Below, in pieces: positions 23,368 through 35,600 of a stretch of DNA of 64,000 nt. Source of the DNA: Penicillus capitatus (lineage: Eukaryota; Plantae; Chlorophyta); contig OZ287694.1 in the NCBI GenBank assembly GCA_965649825.1, forward strand, positions 2,135,292 to 2,199,291, given 5' to 3'. The notes beneath the pieces were generated by a model. It worked only from the letters and a program-made list of their open reading frames with translations, searched no databases and was not told the DNA's origin. Both the position numbers and the translations under genes were made by a program. Position 1 is the stretch's first letter. The number at the start of each line of letters is the position of its first letter.

Positions 23368-23862
23368 ACTCGATCTTTCAGGGAGTCGCCACCGCGAATG
23401 CTCGACGCAACAAGGAACTTCTACCACAGACAGAATGATCGAAAGATTGAACGAAGACAGACGCGTCACATCTTTTTGCCGTTTCTCATTCTTTCTGGCG
23501 ACATTGTTTGCTGCAAACCTTAACGGTAGTGTTTGAAGAAGCGAACAAATCTTCGAAGATGCAGTCGGTCTGCTAACCAGAGGAACTTCGTTGTTCAGTG
23601 TGTAAGAAAGATTCTTTCTTTAGGGTCAGCATCGAAGATCTGATGACCGATTAGGTCAAGCTTAGCTCCGTTGCGCGATCCAAGAAGCGTAAAAATGCGC
23701 AAAAAATAGTATCTTAGATATCTTTTAGATGCGTTTTCTCCGTATCGTGGCCATTCAGCAATCTTAAAGGTGGCAATCGTCAGCCAGGTTGCGATCAAAA
23801 CTGATGTGACGTGTCCTTTTTGACACCAAGGTTCTTCATGCATCGCCCGTCCGACCGCCAAC

Positions 23863-24223
23863 GGGCCCTGTCCTGCTGTTCGGCATGATCCCGAATCCGG
23901 TCGAGGGAACGGTGGAGTACGTCGGGAGCGTGTTCGCCAGCGGGAGGCTCAGGCTTCACGCGCTGTGCTACGACGACCTCTGAGACCTCGACGACAGACT
24001 GGAGACCACGCCATGTACCTTCTTCGTCAAGCAGACGGCGAAGCAGCTCGCACAGATACTGGTGTTTCAGAGGACGGTCGGGAAAGTGAGCGAGCGTCGA
24101 TGGATGGACGGATGCCTGAGTGTGTCTAGTGCGCAGATCGGGTTGGCGTCGGGCAGCGTCATCGTTATCCGTCCGACGCCGCCGAATGAGACGGTGAATG
24201 CGCCGTGCAAATTTGATTCCTGA
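23863..24223 (+). pseudogene. Gene fragment with in-frame TGA, weakly resembling a USP7/UBP12-type UBL domain
   Basis: PVLLFGMIPNPVEGTVEYVGSVF...DDL*DLDDR...AQIGLASGSVIVIRP with GC-rich third positions. TGA at 23981-23983. Confidence 0.3.
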
Positions 24224-25091
24224 ATACGGCAGGCATTTTAAATGATCCTACGTGTTGATCTCGCATTGGCGCCATTCTTGCTCTGTAATCACAGAACCGA
24301 ACGGAAAGGTGACTAAAGCATTGTCATTGCAAGTGACAGGTCCTCACGCAATGGAACGCGTCTTGGGCAACCGACTGCTTACGTGGATGGAGTCGGGCTG
24401 AGTTCTCTAACCGAAGTGTCGTTGGAGTGTGGAGTCGATGGCTATGCATGATTAACAACAAGCAGCAGAACACGTTCTTCTTCACTCACTTTGGATGCGG
24501 AGATGGTTTACTAGAATACTCGGAAACGGTTTCGTACGTCAGATGTTTCTTGCTAACGCCGACACGATCGATAAGAAAAAAACCGAACGCCTTTGAATAA
24601 TGGAATCTGTCTGTTCAAACGTATAACCCATGATGAGGCAGGCCAACAAGCCACCCACTACTTACTTGAGTACAGGGAACGCGAGCTGACAAACATAGGC
24701 ATTCAATCACCTCAAGACTGGTAAAAGAGGAAACTGGTTAAAATAATTGTTATGCGAGAGCGCCGCGCCAAACGAACATATAACAGCGGAAGGCTTTACG
24801 GCTTACAGAGCAAGGTTGTTTTTCCACAAAATACGCCCTTTTGTGTGTGAAATGTGACACGACTTCACAGGTCAGGCGAGTCACCCAACGCTCAAAGCCA
24901 TAGGAAAGTACCCCTGACAAGACGTTGAGTGCCTCTTCAAACATAGAACCCCGAGGAAACGAGGCAGCTGATGTGACTTCCACGCGAAAGGTTGACAATA
25001 ATGAAGCAAGGTTTTGCAAATGACAGATAACACAATATGAAAAACCTCATGTCTGAAACGCGTTTGGGTTCGGTAGGTTTATTTCTCTGCG

Positions 25092-28000
25092 TTAACCTTT
25101 TGTTTTCAAATACCCTGACAGTCCCGGAAAGTTTTCATCAAATTCTTGTCTCAAATGCACAACAAATTTGTCGAGGTCTTTCTTGTCCCACTCTCCGATT
25201 TTTTCAGAAGAAGTTGTATGTGAAACGAGAGAACCTCTTTCGGAATCGGAAGGAAAGTCAAGCGTAAAGGCATTTTTTAAAACAAGTAGCAAGAAAGCTC
25301 CTGTATACGTATGAGGGGAAAAGATAGCCAAAAGCGTAATCTTTTGAACGTTAAGATTGAATAGTGTCTTTTTAGCGACTTCGTGTACATAAAACTCTTC
25401 GTCGTTGTACCGTTTTTGAAGCAGTGGCAGCAGGTCGTTCGCAAGGTGCGGTACTGCTTGAGCGATGTCGCCGATAGCCTGCGTCGCCTCTCCGCGCACA
25501 TCAGAGTTTTCGCCGCACGCTTTCTGAAGCACCGGCAACAAGACTCTTGCGAGATGCGGCAACGCTTGGACGATATCGCCGATGGCCCGTATCGCACAAC
25601 AACGCACGTGGGAGTCTTCATCGATGCATCCTTTCTGAAGTACCGGCAGCGAGTCGCCCGCAAAGTGTGGAACCGCCTTTGCGAGGCTGCCGATTGCCGA
25701 TATCGCACTTCTGCGAGCGACCGAGTCTTTGTCGATGTACCTTTTCTGAAGCACTGGCAGCAGGTCGCCTGCGAGGTGTGGCGTCGCCTTGGCGATGTCG
25801 CCCAAGGCTGATATCGCACTGGAGCGCATGCTGGAGGCTTTATCGGCGCACCCTTGTTGAACCACAGGCAGCAAAACGCCCGCAAAGTGCGGCACCGCCT
25901 GAGCGATGTCGCGGATGGCCAACATCGCACTCCCACGAACAACCGAATATTTGTCGCCACATCCTTTCTGAAGCACCGGCCACAAGTCTCCCGCGAGGCG
26001 CGGCACCGCTTGGAAGATGTCGCCGATGGCCCGTATCGCACAACAACGCACGTGGGAGTCTTCATCCATACATCCTTTCTGAAGTACTGGCCACAAGTCT
26101 CCCGCGAGGTGCGGCACCGCCTTAGCGAGGCTGCCGATTTCCAATATAGCACTCTTGCGCACGACAGAGTCTTTGTCGACGCACCCTTGTGTAACCACAG
26201 GCAACAGGTCGCCCGCGAGGTCCGGCACCACTTTGGCGATGTCGCCCATGACCGATATCGCACTGGCGCGCACACTGAAGGCTTTGTCGACGCACCCTTG
26301 TTGCAGTACAGGCAGCAGGTCGCCGACAAGGTACGGCGCCGCTTGAACGATGTCGCGGACGGCCTCCATCGCACTCCTACGCACGTTAAAGGCTTTGTCG
26401 ACGCACCCTTGTTGAATCACCGACATCAAATCGCCAGCAAGGTGCGGCGCTGCCCTGGCGATGTGACTGATTACCAACATTGAATTGGAGCGCACACTGA
26501 ATCTTTCGTCGACGCACCTTTGTTGGAGTACAGGAATCAGGTCGCCTACAAGGTGCGGCGCCGCCTGAGTGATGTCGCGGATGGCCTCCAGCGCACTCCA
26601 GCGCACGTGGGAGTCTTCGTCACCACACTTTTCCTGAAACACCGGTAGCAGGTCGCCTGCAAGTTGCGGTATTTCCTTTGCGATGGTTTGCAACCTCGCT
26701 GTGCCATCTCGTAGACGGCGCCAATATGCAGCTTTCGTGTTTAGTTGCAAAAACGACCTTATGTCGCCAACATGCTTTGAAGAGTGCTTTGCAAGCTTGA
26801 GCACATCCTTGATTTTGTCTTTTTCCTTCCACGTTAAGTTTCGTGAAATTTCCAGCAGTGTCTTTGTCTTATCAAAGGTATCGTTGAGTATCTTAGGAAA
26901 CTTCTTCAAAACGCAGGAGCATTGTTCGAAGTGTTCGACCACGATTTCGCGGATTAGAACGTTGTCGATTGTTTTTTCTAACAACAAACGGGCACCTTCG
27001 GCGACCTTGATTGCTTGTCCGTCTTTCACGAGACTCTCCAGACCGGCTTCGTCTGCCTCTTCTATTGTTGCCTCGAGTGTTCGCATTCTCAAGAAGAAGT
27101 GATGTACGCCGAGAAGTTCGACGGGCTGTCGATCGACGATCGAGAGCATCTCTTTCAACGCTTTCTTGCTTCGGCCTTTCGCAAAAGCGTGCATCGCGAA
27201 GGACAGTGTCAAGGCATGCTTTTTATTATACTTCCCTTCCTCAATGAAATCGTGCACCCGCGTCTCCTCGTCCGATCCCTTTTGCTTCAAGCTTCTCGCA
27301 ATGTATCTTCCGGCAAAGTACTCTTGAAACGTCAGGTGCGGAAACTGGTACTCTTGGCCCTCTAACACGAGCAACAAAAGACCGCTTTCTTTAAAGGTCC
27401 AAGCCGCATCCTTAGACGTCGCGTTCTCCATAACAAATCTCTCGTGGATGAGAATCACTCCTTTCCGAAGACCTTCGAAGGCAAGTCTCTCCAAATCTCC
27501 AAAGACTTCCGACTTATTCACGTTTCCTGCTGATGGCTTCTGTTCAAACCTCTTCCAGACATAGTTCGCCATGTCGTTGTATATCTGAAACGCGCTCGCT
27601 CTCCTTCCTTCTTGAATCACCGTGCCGTGCTCCTTCGACAATGAACAAAGAATGTGTGCCGTCACCGGAATATGCGCCATCTCCCACATGGAGGCAGAGC
27701 TCTCGAGAGAGCGGATAAGTCTCGGAGCTTCGTCTGCTGCCAATTCGCTCCTTATGTAGTCCCGTAACTGTTGGTCGTTGAATCCAAGGCATTCCACTTG
27801 AATGTCGACACGCGTCTCTACGTTTCTCATATTGTATGGGCGCGACAGCAACAGAACTTTGCACGAGCGGCTCCAGATGTTGGATATCAGATCTGTCGAG
27901 TGGTCGTTTGCCTCGTCCAGTCCGTCAACTGCGAGCAATGTCGAAGGGCTGTCGAGGTCATCGTCTATCTGAGCGACGAGGTCTTCGCAATCGCAATTGC

Positions 28001-30051
28001 GCTTTCCTTTCGAGAAGCATATTTGAGAAATCGCCTCCTCGAGGCCCATCGGTTGCTGCCCTTTGTGTTCGATACCGTTCAAAACTCGCACCGGAACAAC
28101 GTAAACGGCATCGAACTCTTGAGCCATTTCTCCCAGTGCCCATCTGTGCGCGATGACTTTGGTGATGCACGTCTTTCCGGAGCCGGGATTTCCGTAGAGA
28201 AGCACTCTTCGAATCTCGCTCTCCGGGACTCTGGGCTTCAGGCACCGTCGCTTGAACAAGTCTTCTAGAGCGATGGGCTTTGTGACCCTCCTCTTCTGCT
28301 CGTAGTATTCTTCTGCTTGATCTCTCCTTCGGTCTAACGATCCCTCTTCTCTTTCTTCGGCCTTGCGGATATCCGTTTCTGTTTCGTTCTCCGATGTTAG
28401 CTCTTGTTCTCCAACGACTTCTTCGGAGATGACAACGTGATGCTTCATTCCTTTGACGTGACTGCGCAAGCCTTCGCCGAACAAAGAGGCCACCTTCATA
28501 ACAAGGCACGTGTCCATTTGAACGTGCCCCTCATGACAATACCGTTGCGAAGTCACCGTGCAGGTATCTTTTTCTCAACTGTTCTTTTTTCGTGTCCACC
28601 ATTCCAAGTGGAATGTACCCTACGTCTCGGCCGACCACGACAAATAACTCATTGCGTTTCGCCACTGGCCTTCGCGGGCTTCGAGCTCGAAGCTTGTTCT
28701 TGAGGCTTCTTCCACCCAACCATTGCGTTAAGGCTTCTGAGGCAAAACTCTCGCAAGACTGTTGCAGGAGCTGGAATGCTTCCTGGAGCTTTTCAGCGCC
28801 CTGGTCGGTTTTATGGATCGTGTATATGACGTCCAGGAGCGCGACGAGAACGTCCGGATCACCGATCCATCCTTCGTTGACCGCTTCTTGGGTTGCCAGA
28901 TCCAGCAGCTTCTTTGTCGCTTCTTCTCGAGCGCTCGCTATCGATCCTTCCGCCGCCAGTGTGCCTAACTCTTGAATGATGCCAAATCTGAGCGCCTTCA
29001 AGTCCTCTCCTTTTCGCATCGTTCGTTGGTATTCCATCGCAGCAATGTACTCGAATTCAAAAAACGCGAGATGCGTATCGTCCTTCGATGCGTCAAGCCT
29101 CGCCGCCATCAGGTTTCGAAAAAGGTCAAACCACGGTCGCTTCGACACGCCAACATTGGCAGTCATCTCTCGCAGTCTTCTGTTTGAATCCTCGATTTCC
29201 TCGGGGTCAATATCAAAGCTCGCCAGATTTCGGACGCAATGGAGAACGTGCAGGATGACGCACATTCCGAGAGCGGCACGACGCATCGCTTGTGAGAGAG
29301 GCAGGGAGGTGTCTTTGGGATCGAGGCGTTCCACTGCTTGACGAAGCGCTTTGAAATGGAAGCTCACTGGGTAGTACTTGCACGATAGCTCCATCTCGTT
29401 CTCCATCTCGGCGATGACGCGACGAAGCTTTTGCTTCTCTTTATCTTCGATATTGTTGTTATTGGTCTTAATAAGCAGAAATAGAGTTTGCTGAAGTGCA
29501 TGAAACGTTGCCTCGTGCTCTGCAAAGTTCTCTCTTGAGATTATTGGTTCTGGGGAAAGGCTGGCCAGTAGCTTCCTCGCAATGACCATGAGATCTGCCA
29601 CGCCGCCGTACGCGGAAGCGTCGACATGTATGAGTGCTCTGCAGAGGGCCATGGGCAGATTCTTTGCAGAAAGCTTTCGCTGATGAAGGCACGAACCGAG
29701 AGCACAGACCAGATTCTTCAGAACTTCCTTGTCCTGCGTGGAGCGGGGAGCAATCTTAGCCAGTTCTGCATACTCGAGGACGTGCTTCGGTTTAAATCGG
29801 TCGTCTCCACGTTCGTCGTATCTGCGCAGCCAGTGAAGGAGAACGCTACGCTCGGTCCTATTCGTCGTGGCGTTGTACGCCGTCACCAGCGACTTTGTGC
29901 TCTCTATGCCGTATTTAATGGCGACGGCACGCAGGAGCTTCGGGTCGTCCAGTTCTTCGACGTCCGAGTCGCTCTGGCATGATTGACTGCTGTCGTCCGA
30001 CGCGGACGTTCTCTCAGCCGTCGGTCCCTCGACTGAAGCTTGTGGTTCCAT
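25092..30051 (-). CDS. NLR-like STAND protein: unknown helical N-terminal domain, NACHT NTPase, HEAT repeat array; 2 coding exons
   Basis: ORFs 28531-30105 and 25092-28556 join in frame through a 49-nt GT-AG intron (28494-28542: DFAT|VASLF). GNPGSGKT Walker A, LLAVDGLDE Walker B, LLLSRP sensor-1, YQFPHLTFQEYFAG winged helix. Confidence 0.9.
25404..26621 (-). repeat. 11 x 111-bp (37-aa) HEAT/PBS-lyase-like coding repeat array
   Basis: Unit D(E/K)xxxVRxxAxxxIxxIxxAxPHLAGDLLPVLQxGCx. GTCGACGCACC at 26175 and 26286 gives a 111-bp period. Confidence 0.92.
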
Positions 30052-30933
30052 TCTCGGACACACCTGCACAGAGGAAAATAGTAACGCTACACAAACAGTA
30101 CGCAAACAAGCTTACCGTTTCAGCCTTATTCAAATGTTCGCAGCAAATTTCGCAGCGGAAATGGCGAATCGGAATCTTGTACGTCAGTTGCGTTTCGATG
30201 ACGCTAATTGTAAATGACGCGACTTAAAACTAGACGGATTGTTGGCTGCCATGCTGAAAGTCCAAGCCAACTGTGGCACTCTTAACTCGGCCTCGATCGA
30301 TCTCTACTGCTCCGGGAGGATGCCTTCGTTCAAGTCAGAATCCCATAGAATGACCACAGCCGGACCCACCTGCAGGACGAGGCCGATCAAGACAGAATGC
30401 AGCACTGGACATAAAGACACGTACAGAGGAGTCTTTAATCTGGGACAAAGAGCCGATGACTGTTCTCGAACCTGCCACTGAGTTCTTGATGAGATGCGAA
30501 GGAAGGTGAGTGAAAAAGCCAGTCCATAACGGTCTCTCTTCATACAAAGACAGGGTCTCTCTCCAGTGCCAGATCGATCGCTTCCACGGAGATGGGGATG
30601 GCAGACATCGAAACAACATAGCTCCCGACATCACTGTCGTCCATCGTAATGTGGATTCGAGCACGATTCTCTAAGGCACTGCCAGAGATCTTCAGAGTCT
30701 TCTCAGCGTCGATACCCACATACTCCCGCCCGTTTGCGTGTCCCTTGAGAGGATGTGTTCGTAAGACAGAGCGCCGCCACCTAGGGTTTTGCGCGCCTTG
30801 GTCTGAGGAACAGCGCTCGTCTTCCGTTTCAGCAGGGCGACGGCAGTAGCATTGCTGCCGGCCAAGGGAGCAGAGTCATCAGGGGGAGATCATCACTGGA
30901 TCCAGTCGCATTACTAGGATTGTCGGACAGGAG

Positions 30934-32573
30934 ATGTGCGGCAGACAGAGACCCAGCACCTCTGCCGTTGTGGCTCGTGCTTCGACCGACACCACCTGCT
31001 CGGCGTCCCTCGACGTTACATACACAGGAGAGGATTACCTTGTACGAAGAAAGTGCCTTGTGCTCCCGGCCGGACGCCCCAAGGTATGGATGCAGTGTAG
31101 ACGCTTCGAGTCGTTGAGACGTCTGTCGCCCTTCGGTGAACAAACGACAGGCTGATGTGACGTGTCAGTACGACTTCATGCGTCGTTCTGTCGAAGCGTT
31201 TCTTGGCATCCATCGTCCTCCAGCTGAAATCCTCGCTGCCGAGTCGCGATGCGATCCCACAGACCTTCAAACGATCCGCCAACGATTTGGAAGCAGCCGG
31301 AAGCAGCAATCGCTTACCTACGCTGCCTTCTCGCAGTGGCTGGGCATCCATCGTCTCCTCCCAGCCTTCCAGCAGCTCCTGTGCACTGCCATTGACGCGA
31401 CAGGCGTCCAGCAGATCACTTACCACTCCTTTCTGATCGCACTGGACAACGAGAAGCGCGTCATTCTGATTCTGATGACTCGAGATCTGCCCCTCGTCGT
31501 TTCCCAATGCCTCGCATGGAATACCGTCTCCTCTTCTGACAGTGACGTCCAGAGCATCGTCCAGGGACTGCAGCAGCTCGGCAGCGATGCAGAGGTGTGG
31601 TACGATACATACCCTGTCTTCGGTCACACTCTTCACGCAATGATACACGGGTTCCGTTCCGAACGGACTGTCGATACTGGTCCTCTGTTGGTCCATGACT
31701 TCCCCCGTCTGCTCCTCTCGCCTGCCTGCGCCTTCATCCTCGCGTCAAGTACTGCTCCACGACATTCCACCGACACTTTCGCTCCTCCTCTTTCCAGATC
31801 TGAAATGGAGTTGGCGTAAGCAGTGGGAACTGATCTTCTCGAGCGAGCGGGATGGACAGAGCTTCCAGACCTGCATCGGCCGCGTGCGTAACCGAGGCGT
31901 CACTCTTCTCGTCCTACGAGATGAAAAGTGAGATCACACTTCTGTGGAGTGACCTCTGTCGCCAACCCGCTTCTGTAGCGGTGCCGTGTTTGGAGGCCTG
32001 GCTCCGATGCCGTGGCAGCCCAGTGGGCGGTTCTACGGCGATCCCACCGGTTTCCTCTTCACCCTGAGGCCCTCGCTCCGAATCTTCAAGCCATCCGGAT
32101 CTACGAATCAGAACTACCAGTGGTAGCCTCTCCCTGCCTCTCTAACCACGCAGCTGCTCGATCTCCCCAAGGTGTGGAGAGAAGTTCAAGGAACTGCCGA
32201 ACGGATTCGGGTTCGGCGGACAGGTCGAGTACTACGGCCTGTTCTTGGATGCCTCTTTCGACTCGGGCATGAGTCTCCCCAACAACACCTACGAAGCACC
32301 GACCCTCTCTTCCACTCCACACTTCAAGCCCGAATGCGTATGTCGTCACTTGCATACCGTATTTTCACAGGCGTATGCAACCGTAGATTGAAGTCTGGCT
32401 CGTCGAACGATCTGGAGACGACCTGCTTAACGACCAGCCTCAGGGCAGCGTCCTCGATCGGTCTGCACCTTCCGTTCGCAGCACGTCTGTTAGGCTTCGA
32501 CGTTCAGGTACAAGGAAGACCAGCGCGTCATGTCGCTCATCGGCAAGGGCCTTCACAGCGATGGCTACCGTGA
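30934..32573 (+). CDS. TLDc-domain protein (MEAK7/TLDC1-like), multi-exon; start uncertain
   Basis: WELIFSSERDGQSFQT, LLVLRDENGAVFGG, RFYGDPTGFLFTLRP, NGFGFGGQ...GLFLDASFDSG...NTYEAPTL...IEVW. Confidence 0.8.
31088..31169 (+). repeat. 82-bp dispersed repeat, copy 2 (fills the intron at 31084-31168)
   Basis: 68/82 ungapped identity to 7861-7942. Confidence 0.85.
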
Positions 32574-32650
32574 TGTGACGTCGGAGGACGGACTGTAGGA
32601 GGGTATGTAAGCAAACGCCCCCTCGTTTGTTGTTTCTTGCATTCAGACCC

Positions 32651-35600
32651 ATGTCTTCAACGCATCGTCGCTGTACCGCGACGCCCTTCGTCTTGCCGCG
32701 CTCACAGTTCGTCTTCACTTGTCTCACGCGACTGCCTCCAGCACGAAGCCACAGCACTCGGGGATGGACACGCCTGAAGGCTCGACCGGCACATCACGCC
32801 CATCATGCCACCGAGGAAACGCACGCTGTCGAAGTGGCCGACCTTGAGACGATCCTCCAGGAGAAGGGCGCATGCGGCGTCGGTTTCATCGCCAACCTCA
32901 AAAACGAACGCGCACACGAGACTCTCGCGAAGGTAACCTCCTGCACCTCTCCAACCGACCCCCGCCGACGCACGCCCTCTCCGCCAGGCGCTGCGCGCTT
33001 TGGGCTGCATGGAGCATCGCGGTGCATGTTCGGCTGACGACATCTCTGGCGATGGCTCCGGAGTGATGACGCAAATCCCGTGGGCTTTGCTGCAGAAGGA
33101 GTTCCCTACGGTCGACGAGAAGACGACAGGCGTCGGCATGGTCTTCCTTCCGCATCGAGCTGGTCTCGAAGACCGTTGCATCCAGATCTCCGAAGAGATG
33201 TTCGCTCTGGAGAACTTCGAAGTCTTGGGCTGGCGTGACGTGCCCATCGATGCGTCCGTTGTGGGTCGCATCGCCAAAGCGACGCAGCCGTTTATCAAAC
33301 AGGTCCTCGTCCGGAGCAAAGACGGCCTGACGGGTGATGCCTTGGAACGGGAACTCTTCATCGCGCGGAAGATGATCGAGCGACAGAAGGATGCAGAACT
33401 GGGCCTCGATGCCGATGACTTCTACTTCTGCACGATGTCCTGCCGCGTCATTGTGTACAAGGGTATGCTCCACGCATCGGCGCTGGGGAGTTTCTATCGG
33501 GATCTGGTGAATCCGCTTTACACGACGTCGTTTGCCGTGTACCACCGACGGTTCAGTACCAACACGCGTCCACGGTGGCCGCTGGCACAGCCGATGCGTT
33601 TTCTGGGCCACAATGGCGAGATCAATACCTTTCAGGGCAATTTGAACTGGATCTCCAGTCGAGAGCATCGACTGAAGCATCCGATCTGGAACGGCAGAGA
33701 GGCAGACTTCCGTCCACTCTGCAGCGCCAAGGAATCCGATTCTGCCAATTTGGATCGCGTCGCCGAGTTCTTGGTGAAGGGCGGTCTCGAGGCGGCCAAG
33801 ACGGTGATGGTGCTCGTGCCCGAAGCCTACCGCAATCATCCCGACCTCGTCAAGAACTACCCAGAGGTGATCGACATGTACGAGTTCTACGAGGGGCTGC
33901 AGGAGGGTTGGGATGGCCCAGCGCTGATCGTTTTCTCAGACGGCATCCGTATCGGTGCCCGTCTCGATCGCAACGGTCTCCGTCCAGCACGGTACTGGGA
34001 AACGGCCGACGGTTATGCCTATGTCGCCAGCGAAGTGGGCGTTCTGGGCGACGTCGAGTCCAACGCCGAACAGACCATCGTGAAGGGCCGTCTGGGTCCC
34101 GGTCAGATGGTCTACGTCGATCTGGAGAGCGGTTCCTTCATGGAACACGCAGAGGTCAGCAGAGCCATGGCCTCGACCAATCCCTACAAGGAATGGATGC
34201 GCAACAGTCGATGGCTGGGCAATCTCTCTCCCGAAGAGTTCATCTCCGAGTGCACCATGAGTGCCGATGTCTTCCTCCGTCTTCAGTCGGCTCACGGCGT
34301 CAGTCTAGAAGACAATCAGCTCTACATCCACCACATGGCAGAGACAGGCACGGAGCCGACGTACTGTATGGGAGATGATATTCCGTTGGCTGTCTTGTCG
34401 GACAAGCCGCAGGTGATCTACAACTACTTCAAGCAGAGATTCGCCCAGGTGACGAATCCGCCCATCGATCCGTTGCGCGAGGGACTGGTGATGTCGCTGG
34501 AGATGCGACTGGGCAGTCGAGGGAATCTGCTGCAACCGGGGCCAGATGCATACAACCAGATGCTGCTGCGAAATCCGATCATGTTTGAGAAGCAGCTTCG
34601 CGTCGTCCAGGAAGACGCCGCCCTCAACACGCGAACCTTCGAGATCTTCTTCGCCGCCGAGAAGAGCGGCAGCCTCAAGGCGGCAGTGGAAGATCTGTGT
34701 GAACGTGTGGCCCAGGCTGTGCACGACGGATGTCAGTGCATTGTCCTTTCGGATCGTCTGGTGGCGGACATGGACAGTGACAAGGTATGTTCGTTCGCTG
34801 CCTCCTGTCGAAGGAACGGAGGACGAAGCTGCGGTGCAGGTACCTATTCCGGCACTGATCGCGACGGGCGCCGTTCACCAGCACTTGATCAAGACGAAGC
34901 TGAGAGTAGAGACGTCGATCGTGGTGGACACCGCCCAGTGTCTGACAACCCACCAAGTGGCCCTGCTCATCGGGTGACCTCTCCCCCTGTCACCCGTATC
35001 TGTTCATACGGGCTGGGTGTTGCAGGTATGGAGCGCATGCTGTCTGTCCCTATCTCGGATTCGAGAGCGCTCGTCAGTGGAGACTATCATCCAGGACGGT
35101 GGCGCTGGTGAAGTCCGGTCGAGTTCCGGACGTTTCGATCGAAGACACACAGAAGAACTATCACTTGGCGTTGAAGAAGGGACTGTTGAAGATTCTGTCC
35201 AAGATGGGCATCTCGCTTCTGAGCTGCTACCACGGCGCCCAGATCTTCGAGATCTATGGACTGGATCGAGACGTGGTGGACGTGGCGTTCACTGGATCCG
35301 TCTCCAGAATCGGCGGCATGAATTTTGGAGATCTGCAGCGCGAGGCGGAGGCCCTCTGGATCAAAGGCTTCCCAGACGTCGAGATGAAGAAGCTGGAGGA
35401 CTACGGTTTCATCCAAGCCAAGAAACGCGGCGAATACCACGCAAACAACGGCGTCATGGCTAAGCTGCTGCACACGGCGATCGGTCTCGGCAACTCAGGT
35501 GGGTGACCCATTGGATCCTGCGCAGCTGTGCCCCTCACTGTCGAGTGTCTAGGCGAGAAGAAACTAGAGGCGTTCGATGCTTACCTGCAGCATTTCGACG

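Noticed and set aside
23540-23830. AT-rich stretch with TGATGA (possible C/D snoRNA)
   Set aside because: No convincing box D, terminal stem or rRNA-complementary guide identified by eye. It could be decayed exons and introns. An Rfam search would settle it.
25277-26483. Long alternative-frame and antisense ORFs with repeats (25277-26374, 25854-26483, 25547-26125)
   Set aside because: Shadows of the 111-bp HEAT repeat array. The HEAT frame is continuous with the NACHT domain.
30239-30700. ORF remnants upstream of the NACHT gene
   Set aside because: Multiple stops and no identifiable domain, so they cannot be assigned to a transposase or gene.
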